DNA of 64,000 nucleotides from positions 45,694,001 to 45,758,000 of the forward strand of contig OZ024741.1 in assembly GCA_964016885.1 (NCBI GenBank), given 5' to 3'. Below are positions 1-13,849 of this stretch, piece by piece (the stretch's first letter is position 1; every line of letters starts with the position of its first letter). Under the pieces are notes generated by a model, which saw nothing but the letters and a program-made list of their open reading frames with translations, was not told the DNA's origin and searched no databases. Both the position numbers and the translations under genes were made by a program. The DNA comes from Eledone cirrhosa (taxonomy: Eukaryota).

Positions 1-14
1 CCACGACCGTTAAC

Positions 15-303
15 CAGAGTAGGATTTAAACCTTGCGAGGCCGGGGCATTCCAGGTTTGAGGGGTGACTGATACGTACATAATTAGAATACCCATCAAAC
101 ACTCCAATTTTACATATCAAAGTTAGCTTGGCGCAAGTAATAGGAACCACAAGGTTATACTTACAAGTATTAAATTAAAAAATTGTAACCTAAAACTAAA
201 ACACCTAGTTAAGGGCACAAATAAATTGCTACGGCCGTCGCTGATGCACCCCCCCCCCAACTGCAGGGAACCTGAGGCAATGTCCACATTAAATCCGGCC
301 CTG
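15..303. mobile_element. hAT-type MITE
   Basis: Imperfect TIRs CAGAGTAGGATTTAA (15) / TTAAATCCGGCCCTG (289-303); 8-bp TSD CCGTTAAC (7-14) / CCCTTAAC (304-311). Confidence 0.7.
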
Positions 304-370
304 CCCTTAACGGGTACCTGATGTCAACGACCGAAGAGCTAGAAAAACAAAGTGGAACTCGCCAGGATTA

Positions 371-448
371 AAATCTATTCTGAGAGAGTCGGAACAAAGA
401 AGACAAGGCATTTAATCATCCACTTTAACTTTCTGATATGAATGGGAT

Positions 449-514
<66 letters not shown>

Positions 515-592
515 ATCCCATTCATATCAGAAAGTTAAAGTGGATGATTAAATGCCTTGTCTTCTTTGTTCCGACTCTCTCAGAATAGATTT
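371..592. repeat. Palindrome with ~82-bp unique arms centred on (TA)n
   Basis: 371-452 is the reverse complement of ~511-592; the spacer is itself palindromic (TA)n. Confidence 0.9.
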
Positions 593-610
593 CTTTAATA
601 TGATCGAGAC

Positions 611-676
<66 letters not shown>

Positions 677-680
<4 letters not shown>

Positions 681-862
681 AAAAGATTCAGGACCCTGAC
701 AGCTGCACTCCGGCCGTTTCGACAGCTAGATCTAGCTGTCGAAACGGCCGGAGCGCCGCCGTCGGGGTCCTGCCTCTTTTCCTATTACCCACTCTACTAC
801 TCTAAGTATTGAGTACTCCGGTTCGTTATGGTCCACCTGGTATCTTACCAAACCCTCTTTGT

Positions 863-865
<3 letters not shown>
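677..865 (+). mobile_element. Short fold-back 3' end of the PLE-B family (3' half of HHR plus tail)
   Basis: Similar to 51751-51880; inverted arm 677-730 folds at AGATCT (730/731); flanked by (TA)n and (TG)n. Confidence 0.8.
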
Positions 866-912
<47 letters not shown>

Positions 913-1111
913 AATATACATATATAGTCTTGACGCGACGGCTGAGCTCTTGCCCTTTCTTCAACACCTATTTTCAACTTCAGAGTCCGGAACTGGCTGT
1001 TGAGTCCCGTTTATTTTTAATATTAACGTAACCTCCTACCCGAAGTATCGAGTACTCTGTTGAGTAATGCCAATTTAAAACAGAATCCATCCTCATATAT
1101 ATATATATATA

Positions 1112-2303
1112 TTGGGTGTGGATGGTATTTAAGAACAGATTTATGGTTTAAAAAACGCTTATATAATAAGAGAAAAGAACTGTATTCTTACAAAAGTCAC
1201 ATAAACATAAAGTCAAACTATCATTTTAATAATTTCATCCAATAAAACCACCATAAGCATCAATAACTACCTCTACGCGTGGTTGATATTGTTTACAAGC
1301 TCGGATTAAGTGGTCCTTGTTCATAGCGGAAAGACTCGAACTTTGCGGCTTTCACAAAATCTTTTGTGCTAGGAGGGTGTTCATTGAAATATTTCTCGAC
1401 GATGCTCCATATATAGTAGTCCAGTGGATTGAGATCTGGAGAATTAGGCCAAATGTTGGCGGTGATGTGATCATGCAATTTTACGGCCAATCATTCTTGT
1501 ATCATTTGAGTCGTGTGTGATGGTGCAGAATCTTGTTGAAAGACATAAGGCTTTTCATTGCATACACTGTTGACCCAAGGCTTAACAACTTTATCTAGAA
1601 CCTCAAATACATAGCAGCATTTACCTTAAGGCCTTATGGGAAAAAGTGAGGAGGATCACATATCCTTCATTGTTAACAACACCCAAAACCATAGCACTTG
1701 CAGGAAATGTTGTGTGCATTACTCTTGGAACCTCAGAAGAGTCTGCACATAGTCACCTACATTTCTTCTGTTAGTTATTTGGTCCTGATCAAAGTTTTTC
1801 TCATATGAGAAAAACCAAATCACATCATCTTCTGATGGATTTTTAAGTGTGTTCAAAAGTCTTTTGGATCTGATTAAACGGTTTTCTTTTGTTTTTTTTC
1901 TGATATGAATTGACCTCTCCTCACACCGTAAGATTTGTATGAACATTTTTTGCAATTGACTTCATTGATTTTCTTCGATTGTCATCAATGTTTGCTTAAC
2001 CTCCTGAATAATTGCAGGTGTCGTGATAGAATCAGAGCAATTGGAATTTTTTTAACGTTTTGATACAGGTAATACGCTTCCATCTTCTTTCTCTAACTCA
2101 CACCGAATCTTGTCTTCAGAAAACGAGAAATTTCTAAATCACTATGCTTAGCCTTCAAAGCCACAATCACAACGTACCTTTTCATTTTATTAGTAAGTAT
2201 TGTTGTTTTCATTATTATTTTCTGAAATAGAAGTTCAATAAAAATTAGTCAAATAAAATAATGACTAAAAATGCATGTGTCCTCAAATACCATCCGCACC
2301 CTC
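1112..2303 (-). mobile_element. Decayed Tc1/mariner-superfamily transposon, maT (DD37D)-like
   Basis: TIRs GGGTG(T/C)GGATGGTATTT..; TA flanks; ORF fragments IWFFSYEKNFDQDQ and WPNSPDLNPLDYYIW; stops and frameshifts. Confidence 0.85.
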
Positions 2304-2324
2304 TATATATATAAATCAGGATGG

Positions 2325-2390
<66 letters not shown>

Positions 2391-2721
2391 GAATTAGAAG
2401 TAGCAGTAACATAACACGATTCAGTTTAGAAGCATGCATAGAAACATACAATACATTTATATATAACCAACATAGATGGTCTTGCTGTAAGTACTTTAAG
2501 CTGTTATGATATTGCAGCTGGCTCACCAAACATGTGAGAACACTAAATATATTTATGTCAGAACCATTATTTATTCAACAACGTTGCTTACTCACATATA
2601 CTGAGGTAACGAAACTAATAACTTTGTATATAGAATGAGAATGTGTAAATAATACATTTGTTGTGATTACTTATTTTCGTATAGTGCATATTTGACGACC
2701 TAATATTAAATTAGCAGTAAT

Positions 2722-2880
2722 AATTGTTTCTACTTTCGGCACAAGGCCAGCAATTACCCAGTACATTACTGGTACTTTATTTTATCGACCTCGTAAGGAT
2801 GAAAGGCAAAGTTAACCTTGGCGGGATTTGAACTCAGATCGTAAACTATGTCCAACACTCTACTAGTTCTGCCAATCCAT
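2722..2880 (-). mobile_element. tRNA-derived SINE (internally deleted)
   Basis: Matches the family consensus seen at 9364-9549. Confidence 0.85.
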
Positions 2881-3187
2881 GTGTTTCAAAGTCTATGGAA
2901 ACAATATGTTTATGTATAATAAACATACCCTCAACGCTTTAATAGCAAACCATTATTATATTTAAAAGACAGAAAAGAAATTGACATCAGCATCATAGCG
3001 GCCGATGGCAACTCCTTTTTACGTGTTTTAAGGGTCTTCACCCTCTTTTATAAGCTATATTTATAGCAGTTTGCTCTTAGGCAGTTTCTTTATACTAATA
3101 TATATATATACATTTATACTCAGCCTTTCAAGAAGACGAAAATTCGGCTTCGTATATTCATTATATTTTTTATTTAATTGTAATTTA

Positions 3188-3372
3188 ATTGTTTCTACAT
3201 TTGGGCACAAGGCCAGCAATGACCCAGTACATTACTGGTACTTTATTTTATCGACCCCGTAAGGATGAAAGGCAAAGTTAACCTCGGCAGGATTTGAACT
3301 CAGACTGTAAAGGGACGTAACTATGCTAGAAAGCATGGCGTCCGACCCTCTACCGATACTGCCAATTCACCG
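3188..3372 (-). mobile_element. tRNA-derived SINE
   Basis: A box TGGCAGTATCGG, B box GAGTTCAAATCC, central GCCTTTCATCCTT..GGGGTCGATAAAAT motif (Nin/Deu-like). Confidence 0.9.
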
Positions 3373-4006
3373 TATCTCTAAGATCTGTGGCATAGTCGGC
3401 TCGCTAATTGTCCCAATGTCAGCGCGTGCCCTACTTGTAAAAGATACTTCTGTTTGTTTTAATGCACTAAAACTTCTTCGAGAAACAAAATAGTTGTCTT
3501 CCAACTTCTTTTCTCCTTCCTCGCCCTAGACATTGTGATAAGTTTCTATCTAAGAATTTGAGAAACCAATAAGCTTCCGATATCCATTAAGATCTATAAC
3601 AATGCAACATTTCTACGAACTATTAAATTTTTTGCGTTATACACCGGCACACACACACAGCTCTCTGAGACACTGACATGCACAAACAGACATACATACA
3701 CTCACAGATATATATATATGATATTTCATTCTTTAAATACACTCATATTTATGATTTCTTAGAGTAAGTTATTACACTCATGCAGCGATAAAATTTCTCT
3801 TCACCTGCTGCGAGTATTTGAGTGTCTGAGCCTATATAAGAAGTAACTAATACATACATCTAAAGTAAATTGATTATATCACGAAATTACAATGTACGAG
3901 TAAATATTTAATCAAATTGTGTATTTGATCTCTCTCCTCTCTCTCTCTATATATATATACATATAGATAATATATATATAATATCGATGTCTATATATAT
4001 ATATGT

Positions 4007-4094
<88 letters not shown>

Positions 4095-4505
4095 GATATG
4101 TGCGTGTGTGAGAGTGAGTGTGAGAGAGACAGAGTGTGTATGTGTATGTCTTCTATTGATGTTTTGATGCTATGTATTTCAGATTTTCAATATAAATGTA
4201 CTTGTTGCCCACTATATCTTATATGATATTCTTTGATCACAAGCTAAATATAATGAGAATAATTTTAGCGGAATTTTAATATCCAAATATCTGGATGATA
4301 TTAAAAAATGACTAGATAATACTTTTTCTTATATTCGGAAGTTGATGTGCTATAAAGTACTTTAAGCGAACCGATATTTTTAATCCAAAATCAGAAAAGA
4401 CAACGTCATTGTATCTATAATATTCTAATTCTTTTGTGAAGATCGACATCAAATCATTCTACATAACTAAAATTATGAACACCCGGCTGCTTAGTGCATA
4501 AATCA

Positions 4506-5050
<545 letters not shown>

Positions 5051-5446
5051 TATCAATAATAATGAGTTCAAAATTCAGGCAGTCTTTTACAATGAAATAG
5101 CTCAAAGAAAGTAGTATTTCTGAGCCGTGTAATACAAGTTAATATAAATTAATATATTTGATAAACACAAATACCAACATATTCATGTTTGTATTGTAAA
5201 TGACCAGGTTAGCTAGATTGAAATATACTAATAATAATAATACATTTTGTCTGTCTCGATTTAAGATAATAAATCAATAAAAACAAATCATATTGGCAAT
5301 GGCCGTAGTGCTTGGACAAATTTAAATAATTACAACACTAACATAAACAGGTACTCAAGTTTCGTTCGGTTCTGGGCCCCAATTTGTTGGGCCTGTCATA
5401 AGAAGAATAAAAAAGAATAGAAAACAGTATATATATATATATATAG

Positions 5447-5665
<219 letters not shown>

Positions 5666-5830
5666 GGGGGATATATATATATATATATTATTATACTTTG
5701 GGCGGGTGATGTTGCCAATAAGAAACACACGCACCAGTTGCTTTCACTTCAATTTATTATATATTTATAAATTTACAAATTTATAAATTTCTGGTTGGTT
5801 GGTTCTACAACCAGATAGTTGTTTATATAT

Positions 5831-5875
5831 AGTCATAGTTCTTTCGTCACACACTCTGTGACCTCTTCAGTGACT
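5831..5875 (-). ncRNA. Type I hammerhead ribozyme (PLE-A), intact core
   Basis: AGTCA-CTGAAGA-G-GTCACA(GAGTG)TGTGAC-GAAA-GAAC-TA-TGACT; stem I AGTCA/TGACT. Confidence 0.85.
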
Positions 5876-6075
5876 GGGGATTCCTTTCTTTGTTTCTGTG
5901 CCTCTCCTTTGTTCTGTCCTACGCCATTTTGTTTCTGTGTGTGTGTTGTGTGCTCAGTTTGCGCATGCGCCACATCCGGGTGTCTGTGTGTGTTTATGTT
6001 CACTTATCTATTTGTTTATTTACATGTTACTGGTTGGTTGTTTGTTCTATGTGTGTGTGTGTTTTCATTTTGTCC

Positions 6076-9000
6076 TTAATTGTAAGTTGTGATGTTGCTG
6101 TTCCACTCATATTTTCTATTTAATCTTGGTTGTAATTCTTTTATGTTTATTGCCTCTGTAATTTGTCTAAACATTGCGCCTTTTCTGTGTGTAGATTCTA
6201 TTTTTATTTCTATGTTCTCTAATTTACCCTTGTGTTCTATCTTAGCATGTTGGTAGAGTACAGATGATTCTTTATTATCTTGAAGGTCTCGCCAGTGTTC
6301 ATTTATCCGTTCCCCTACACTACGAGCTGTCTCACCTATGTACACTATATTTTTGTCTCTACATTGTCCTTCAGTACATCTTATGCTATACACTACATTT
6401 CTAGTTTTACAGTTAATATGGGGGCTTATTTTACAGGTTACACATTTCTTGTCTATACATGAGGGTCTTTGAAAAGGGTATGTCTTGCTAATAAGTGTTT
6501 TTACGGAGGTACCTGGTCTTTCTACTATCTTAATATTGAGTTTATGTTTATTTAGGGCCCTTCTAAATTTGTAAGCTAGTTCACCTCTAGGGGTTGTATC
6601 GATGAACATTACACTCTGGTATTTATTGCTATCATACCATGAGTCTATTCTATTAGCCTTGTTCCTAGTTCTTTCTATTCTATTCCAAAATTTGCTCCTA
6701 TACAAGGGGCAGGTCCCATTTATGTCATTATTTACCATTTTTTCCCATTTGGTTCTGGCTCCTCTATACACTCTGATTCTATCTCTCTGATTGTAGCCAG
6801 AGAACTGCATACGGTGGATGAAGTGTTGTATGTGTCTCTCTAGTTCTTCGGGGTTGCACATGCGGGACACATTTCTCATCACCCGTACCAAATCCGCAAT
6901 CAGTATGTTGATTTTGGTATGGTCCGAAATGGCCGAGTTTCGGTGGATCAGATGTTTGGAAGTCATGGGTTTGGCATAATGGGAATGGAGGATTTGTTTT
7001 TTGTTGTTAATGGTATCTAACCAGAGCTCTGTACAGGTAATCGATGGTTGGGGTGTTTACTTGGGTAGTCTATAGTAACTCTAATGCTCTGGTGGATGGA
7101 GTTTGCTATTTGCTGGATGCTTTCCATTGTGTTTGTCTCTAGTTCCTGACTGTTCTCTAGTGGGGGTGTCTTAACTACGATGTTTATATCATCTACGTAG
7201 CGGGAGTACATTATCAGGGTTAAGGGGTCTTCTAATTGTTCTTTAAGTTTAAGTTTAAGTCTACTGTCCCACCATACCATGAATAAGTTAGCTATCTCGC
7301 CTGCAATGCTAACACCAATGGCTGCTCCTTCCTCTTGGGCATATGTTTTTCCATTAAATTTGAACATATGTTCCTTAAGGGTTAGTTTTATGCTGGCCCC
7401 TACCGCATGTGCAATCATTTTCTTCAGTTCATCGTAGTTTTCGGGTGTCCGTATGGCTCTGGTCCACCCGTTCCATCTATCTGTGTGGGTTTTCTTGGCC
7501 ATTGAGGTAATGGTAGGTGGTCTGCCTCTTGCTGGTCTTGTAGGGCACAGGTTGCTAAGGTCATAAGTGTCTAGGTAACTATTACTATAGTTAAGCTTAA
7601 GTAGGAGTCCCAGCTCACTGGTATCAATCCCATAGAACACGACCTTGCTCTCACTGATCTTTTCTACGCATTTATCCACAGCAAAATCCACGTCAATAGA
7701 TGGATACAGGGACACAACATCCATACTGCCTATTATGCAGTTTGTTAGGTCCCCAGATCGGTTACTCACGCCGCTTCTGCTGAGGAGGTCCTCCGTGCTG
7801 TCACATACATCTGGGGACATTTCAATGATGGGGCGGATGATCAGGGAGAGGAAGTAGGACAGTCTGTAGTTACTAGCAATGTTCGCCCACAGACTGGCCG
7901 TGTTGGTGGTCCCGCGACAGGGTCACCGCCCGTTTTATGGTATTTTCGAAGCCCATACAACGCCGGCACGTCATTGTTCCAGGCCTGGAAGTTGTTGGCA
8001 GTCCTTTTGTTGGGCTGCATTATATTCGTCCACATTACCATATGGGCATTGAGGGCTTTTTCTCTATCCTCATGCTCCTGTGGTGTTACCTCTCTTGTGT
8101 TAGTGATGTGGGTTGCATTGCCTGGATGTAGTTTGGCAGGCTGTCATCCGACATTCTGCCAGACTTGTCTGTTGGAAAGCATGCTATCTCTCCATTACGT
8201 GAGCGCTGCATGAGCTTACGCAAGCCATTTGCAGATTTTTCTCCCAGTTGCTGGGCCTCCATTCTATTATGCTTCTTGCTATACTGTTCTATAATATTTC
8301 TAAGTTCGGATCTAGCTATACTAAATTGTGCTTCTGTTTGTTCATCGAACTGCGACGGCAATTGCGTGCGTTTGTTAAATGGTAAAGTCGTGGCGTGGAC
8401 TCGTCGCAGGTCGAATGATTTATCGGAGGGATTATAAAACGGAGAGTTCCAGGCTGCTGCTTTATGTGTACTAGTGCTATTGTTATTGTTAGTTGTGTTG
8501 TTTCAATTTCTATTTCCACCAACAGCCTCATGGTTGTTTCTATGTCTCTCATACTTACTCCTGTCTCTTTCCACTGGCTCATTGTTGTTATCTACCCTAT
8601 TCTGTGTGTCTGTGTGTTCGTCTCGGTTATTCTCTTTTCTCCTTAGTCTCCCTTCTCCTTTTAATCCTATTACTTTCCCTTATTTCTGTGATTTCTGTGC
8701 TACTGTCATTACTTGTTTTCTGTGTCTGTGTGTTTGTTAAGATTGCGGTGGTGGTGAGAGGCATTGAATGCGTGTGTGTTGTTGTTGATGATGTGTGATG
8801 TTGTTGATGTGTGTTGCTGTTGTCTCCGTGTGTGTTATTGTTGTTGTGTGTGTTGTTATTGTTGTTTGTGTCTGCGTGTCTGTTGTTGTTGTTTCTGGGT
8901 ATGTTGTTATTGTTGTTGTTGTTGATGTGTGTGTTGTTGTTATTGTTGTTTGTGTCTGTGTGTCTGTTGTTGTTGGGATGTGTGTTGTATATGTGTACAC
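6076..9000 (-). pseudogene. PLE-A RT-GIY-YIG ORF (frameshifted), probably with an Asn/Thr/His-rich N-terminal region
   Basis: ORF pieces 8086-8361, 7841-8041, 7017-7820 and 6076-6966 are collinear PLE domains separated by frameshifts. Confidence 0.9.
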
Positions 9001-9004
9001 ACAT

Positions 9005-10211
9005 ATTAGAGTTACTATAGACTACCCAAGTAAACACACCAACCATCGATTACCTGTACAGAGCTCTGGTTAGATACCATTAACAACAAAAAACAAATCC
9101 TCCATTCCCATTATGCCAAACCCATGACTTCCAAACATCTGATCCACCGAAACTCGGCCATTTCGGACCATACCAAAATCAACATACTGATTGCGGATTT
9201 GGTACGGGTGATGAGAAATGTGTCCCGCATGTGCAACCCCGAAGAACTAGAGAGACACATACAACACTTCATCCACCGTATGCAGTTCTCTGGCTACAAT
9301 CAGAGAGATAGAATCAGAGTGTATAGAGGAGCCAGAACCAAATGGGAAAAAATGGTAAATAATTGTTTCTACTTTAGGCACAAGGCCAGCAATTACCCAG
9401 TGCATTATTGGTACTTCATTTTATCGACCCCGTAAGGATGAAAGGCAAAGTCAACCTCGGCGGGATTTGAACTCAGATCGTAAAGGGACGTAACTATGCT
9501 GAAAAGCATGGCGTCCGACCCTCTACCGATACTGCCAATCCACCGCCCTTGGTAAATAATGACATAAATGGGACCTGCCCCTTGTATGGGAGCAAATTTT
9601 GGAATAGAATAGAAAGAACTAGGAACAAGGCTAATAGAATAAACTCATGGTATGATAGCAATAAATGCCAGAGTGTAATGTTCATCGATACAACCCCTAG
9701 AGGTGAACTAGCTTACAAATTTAGAAGGGCCCTAAATAAACATAAACTCAATATTAAGATAATAGAAAGACCAGGTACCTCCGTAAAAACACTTATTAGC
9801 AAGACATACCCTTTTCAAAGACCCTCATGTATAGATAAGAAATGTGTAACCTGTAAAATAAGCCCCCATATTAACTGTAAAACTAGAAATGTAGTGTATA
9901 GCATAAGATGTACTGAAGGACAATGTAGAGACAAAAATATAGTGTACATAGGTGAGACAGCTCGTAGTGTAGGGGAACGGATAAATGAACACTGGCGAGA
10001 CCTTCAAGATAATAAAGAATCATCTGTACTCTACCAACATGCTAAGATAGAACACAAGGGTAAATTAGAGAACATAGAAATAAAAATAGAATCTACACAC
10101 AGAAAAGGCGCAATGTTTAGACAAATTACAGAGGCAATAAACATAAAAGAATTACAACCAAAATTAAATAGAAAATATGAGTGGAACAGCAACATCACAA
10201 CTTACAATTAA
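9005..10211 (+). pseudogene. PLE-A thumb plus GIY-YIG, 5'-truncated, interrupted by a SINE
   Basis: ORFs 9124-9435 and 9549-10211 are nearly identical to 6076-6966. Confidence 0.92.
9364..9549 (-). mobile_element. Full-length tRNA-derived SINE with 11-bp TSD
   Basis: TSD TGGTAAATAAT at 9353-9363 and 9550-9560; empty site visible in the other PLE-A arm. Confidence 0.95.
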
Positions 10212-10412
10212 TGACAAAATGAAAACACACACACACACATAGAACAAACAACCAACCAGTAACATGTAAATAAACAAATAGATAAATGAACATAAACACA
10301 CACAGACACCCGGATGTGGCGCATGCGCAGACTAAGCACACAACACACACACAGAAACAAAATGTAGTAGGACAGAACAAAGGAGAGGCACAGAAACAAA
10401 GAAGGAATCCCC

Positions 10413-10457
10413 AGTCATTGAAGAGGTCACAGAGTGTGTGACGAAAGAACTATGACT
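10413..10457 (+). ncRNA. Hammerhead ribozyme (PLE-A), C3U
   Basis: AGTCA-TTGAAGA-GGTCACAGAGTGTGTGAC-GAAA-GAAC-TA-TGACT. Confidence 0.8.
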
Positions 10458-10656
10458 ATATATAAACAACTATCTGGTTGTAGAACCAACCAACCAGAAA
10501 TTTATAAATTTGTAAATTTATAAATATATAATAAATTGAAGTGAAAGCAACTGGTGCGTGTGTTTCTTATTGGCAACAGACCCTCCCAAAGTATAACAAT
10601 ATCGGTTTCAACACACGATTTCAGATAAAGAAACTTGCTAAACAAATTCAGAAACG

Positions 10657-10814
<158 letters not shown>

Positions 10815-11181
10815 AAAAGTGTCGAAGTCCGTATTGCAGCATATGTACACACTTTATTTGCATATTACACCTGGCGAGTTTAGTTAATAGAGTACTGTTT
10901 AAAGTGAAGTTTAGGTTATTGTTCTCGCTTGGGGCATCAATTAAAGACAGTTGCTTCTCACAGAACCCGCTCGCTGGAAGGCTGGTTTGACGACTCTTCT
11001 CACACGACCAGGAGGAGGTACAGAAGACAACATGTGTAAACCGCACACACATATGTCAGTGTTCAGTGTTCACCTCTCAATGTTATGAAGAGAGCAAATG
11101 CTTACACCGTGTAACTCGAGATAAAGTGTAAAATTGATATGTCGTGGTGTTATTGGTAAATAAGTTGCATAGCTCTTCTAC

Positions 11182-11780
11182 AGGGCTATAGTTAGCTGGT
11201 GGTCAACAGCTGGTCTGTTGTGGCTATAGTTAGCTTGTGGCCAATAGCTGTTTTGTTGTGGCTATAGTCAGCTGGTGGTCAACAGCTGTTCTATGGTGGC
11301 TATAGTTAGCTGGTAGTCAACAGCTCTACTATAGTGGTTATAGTCAGCTGGTGGTCAACAGCTGTTCTATGGTGGCTATAGTCAGCTGGTGGTCAACAGC
11401 TGTTCTATGGTGGCTATAGTTAGCTGGTAGTCAACAGCTCTACCATAGTGGTTATAGTCAGCTGGTGGTCAATAGCTGTTCTATGGTGGCTATAGTCAGC
11501 TGGTGGTCAACAGCTGTTCTATGGTGGCTATAGTTAGCTGGTAGTCAACAGCTCTACTATAGTGGTTATAGTCAGCTGGTGGTCAACAGCTGTTCTATGG
11601 TGGCTATAGTCAGCTGGTGGTCAACAGCTGTTCTATGGTGGCTATAGTTAGCTGGTAGTCAACAGCTCTACGATAGTGGTTATAGTCAGCTGGTGGTCAA
11701 CATCTGTTCTATGGTGGCTATAGTCAGCTGGTAGTGAACAGCTGTTCTATGGTGGCTATAGTTAGCTGGTTGACAACATC
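11182..11780. repeat. 38-bp minisatellite with 114-bp higher-order trimer
   Basis: Unit GGCTATAGTCAGCTGGTGGTCAACAGCTGTTCTATGGT; variant unit recurs at 11307, 11421, 11535 and 11649. Confidence 0.92.
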
Positions 11781-12226
11781 CTGTCTAGTGTAGCTATCAT
11801 GGTCAGAATTACTTCATTGACCACACGGTTTGTCTGCAAAGCAGTTTGTATGTCTATTGAAAATCCACAGAGAAGAGGTTTAGATAAACTCAACAGAGAA
11901 GAGGGGTATACAAAATCCACTGAGAAAAATTTGTAGACAAAATTCACAGGGAAAAGGTGTAGGAAAAGAAAAACCGCAATGGACAATCAGAAAAGCGGCA
12001 TACGACTTCCTTTTATAAGTTCTAACAGAAGAGTCTCTTTTGGTGTGAATCATTGGTAGAGTTACGTCGTACTGCACAGATATATATTTAGCAAACCAGG
12101 TTCAAATTTTGGAAAAAGTAGATAACTTTTTTCTTCATTGTGTTTTTTCTTTCCCCTTTAATGATGTGTTTCAATTTCATTAGACACTGCAGAATTATTT
12201 TGATGTAATTATTATCATCATTATTA

Positions 12227-12590
12227 TGGTGGATCGGCAGTATCGGTATAGGGTCGGACGCCATGCTTTCCCGCAGAAAGTTACGGCCCTTTACGATCTG
12301 AGTTCAAATCCAGCCGAGGTTGACTTTGCCTTTCATCCTTACGGGGTCGATAAAAGTAATGCACTGGGTAATTGCTGGCCTTTTGCCTAAAGTAGAAACA
12401 ATTATTATAACTATTATAATAGAAGGTCGGACACCATGCTTTCCAGCAAAGAGTTACAGCCCTTTATGGGCTGAGTTCAAATCCCGCTGTGGTTAACTTT
12501 GCCAATCATCCTGACGGGGTCGATAAAATAAAGTACCAGTAATACAGTGATTTAATTGCTGGCCTTGTGCCAAAAGTAGAAACAACTATT
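12227..12590 (+). mobile_element. Two tandem tRNA-derived SINEs
   Basis: Family consensus occurs twice (about 12227-12404 and 12422-12590). Confidence 0.88.
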
Positions 12591-12603
12591 ATAATTATTA
12601 TTT

Positions 12604-12636
<33 letters not shown>

Positions 12637-12637
12637 G

Positions 12638-12783
<146 letters not shown>

Positions 12784-13070
12784 TATATGTATATATATAT
12801 AAATGGAAAAAATGGAACGAAATTTCATTTCCCACTCTTAGTACAGCTGTTACTTAAATATAAGTATGTATACGTACATACATATATGTATACAGACGTA
12901 CAGTAGTATGTATATATATATATATATATACATGCACACATATATATATGTACGTATGGATTCACCGAACATTTATTATAATGCTCGGTGTGTTTGTAAA
13001 CAAACATCCCGTATTAAGCCGTAGTGTCTAGCAACCATCGTTGCTCGTTTGTTCAACACTGACAAAGGAA

Positions 13071-13111
13071 CGCTGTACTAGTTTCAAGCTTATTAGCTAT
13101 CGTCAACAACG
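13071..13111 (-). ncRNA. HHR family R (C3U)
   Basis: CGTTG-TTGACGA-TAGCTAATAAGCTT-GAAA-CTAG-TA-CAGCG. Confidence 0.8.
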
Positions 13112-13462
13112 TATACCTTCCTGCCAGATTGTTGAACGTATATACTTACCTTATGCATATTAACGGTTGAGTAGCCCAATTTGCATATCGAGTGGGTTAA
13201 TCGGCCGGGTGCACCGAAAACGATAAACGGAAAAAATGAAACGAAATTTCATTTCCCACTCTTAGTACGGCTGTTACTTAAATATAAGTATGTACACGTA
13301 CATACATATATGTATACAGACGTACAGTAGTATGCATATATACATATACATACATGCACACATATATATATGATTAATCCACTCGATATGCAAATTGGGC
13401 TACTCAGCCGTTAATATGCATAAGGTAAGTATATACGTTCAACAATCTGGCAGGAAGGTATA

Positions 13463-13503
13463 CGTTGTTGACGATAGCTAATAAGCTTGAAACTAGTACA
13501 GCG
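13463..13503 (+). ncRNA. HHR family R (C3U)
   Basis: Same sequence as 13071-13111, on the plus strand. Confidence 0.8.
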
Positions 13504-13716
13504 TTTCTTTGTCAGTGTTGAACAAACGAGCAACGATGGTTGCTAGACACTACGGCTTAATACGGGATGTTTGTTTACAAACACACCGAGCATTATAATA
13601 AATGTTCGGTGAATCAATACGTACATATATATATGTGTGCATGTATGTATATATATATATATATATACATACTACTGTACGTCTGTATACATATATGTAT
13701 GTACGTGTACATACTT

Positions 13717-13769
<53 letters not shown>

Positions 13770-13849
13770 GGTTAACATTGATGCAATTCAATTCAAGCAC
13801 TCAACGTACCTTTTCCACATATGAGTGACGGAGTAAATATCGAATAAGG

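Larger units (their letters stand above)
12801..13718. mobile_element. Retrozyme-like family R, locus 1 (about 1.3 tandem monomers on minus plus an inverted arm)
   Basis: Monomer start repeats at 12801 and 13225 (about 424 bp); arm 13373-13718 is inverted; HHR in each arm; no ORF; (TA)n flanks. Confidence 0.85.

Noticed and set aside
9364-9549. tRNA genes
   Set aside because: The A and B boxes belong to SINE heads; no complete cloverleaf.
11182-11780. CRISPR-like array
   Set aside because: No unique spacers, no cas genes, eukaryotic context.
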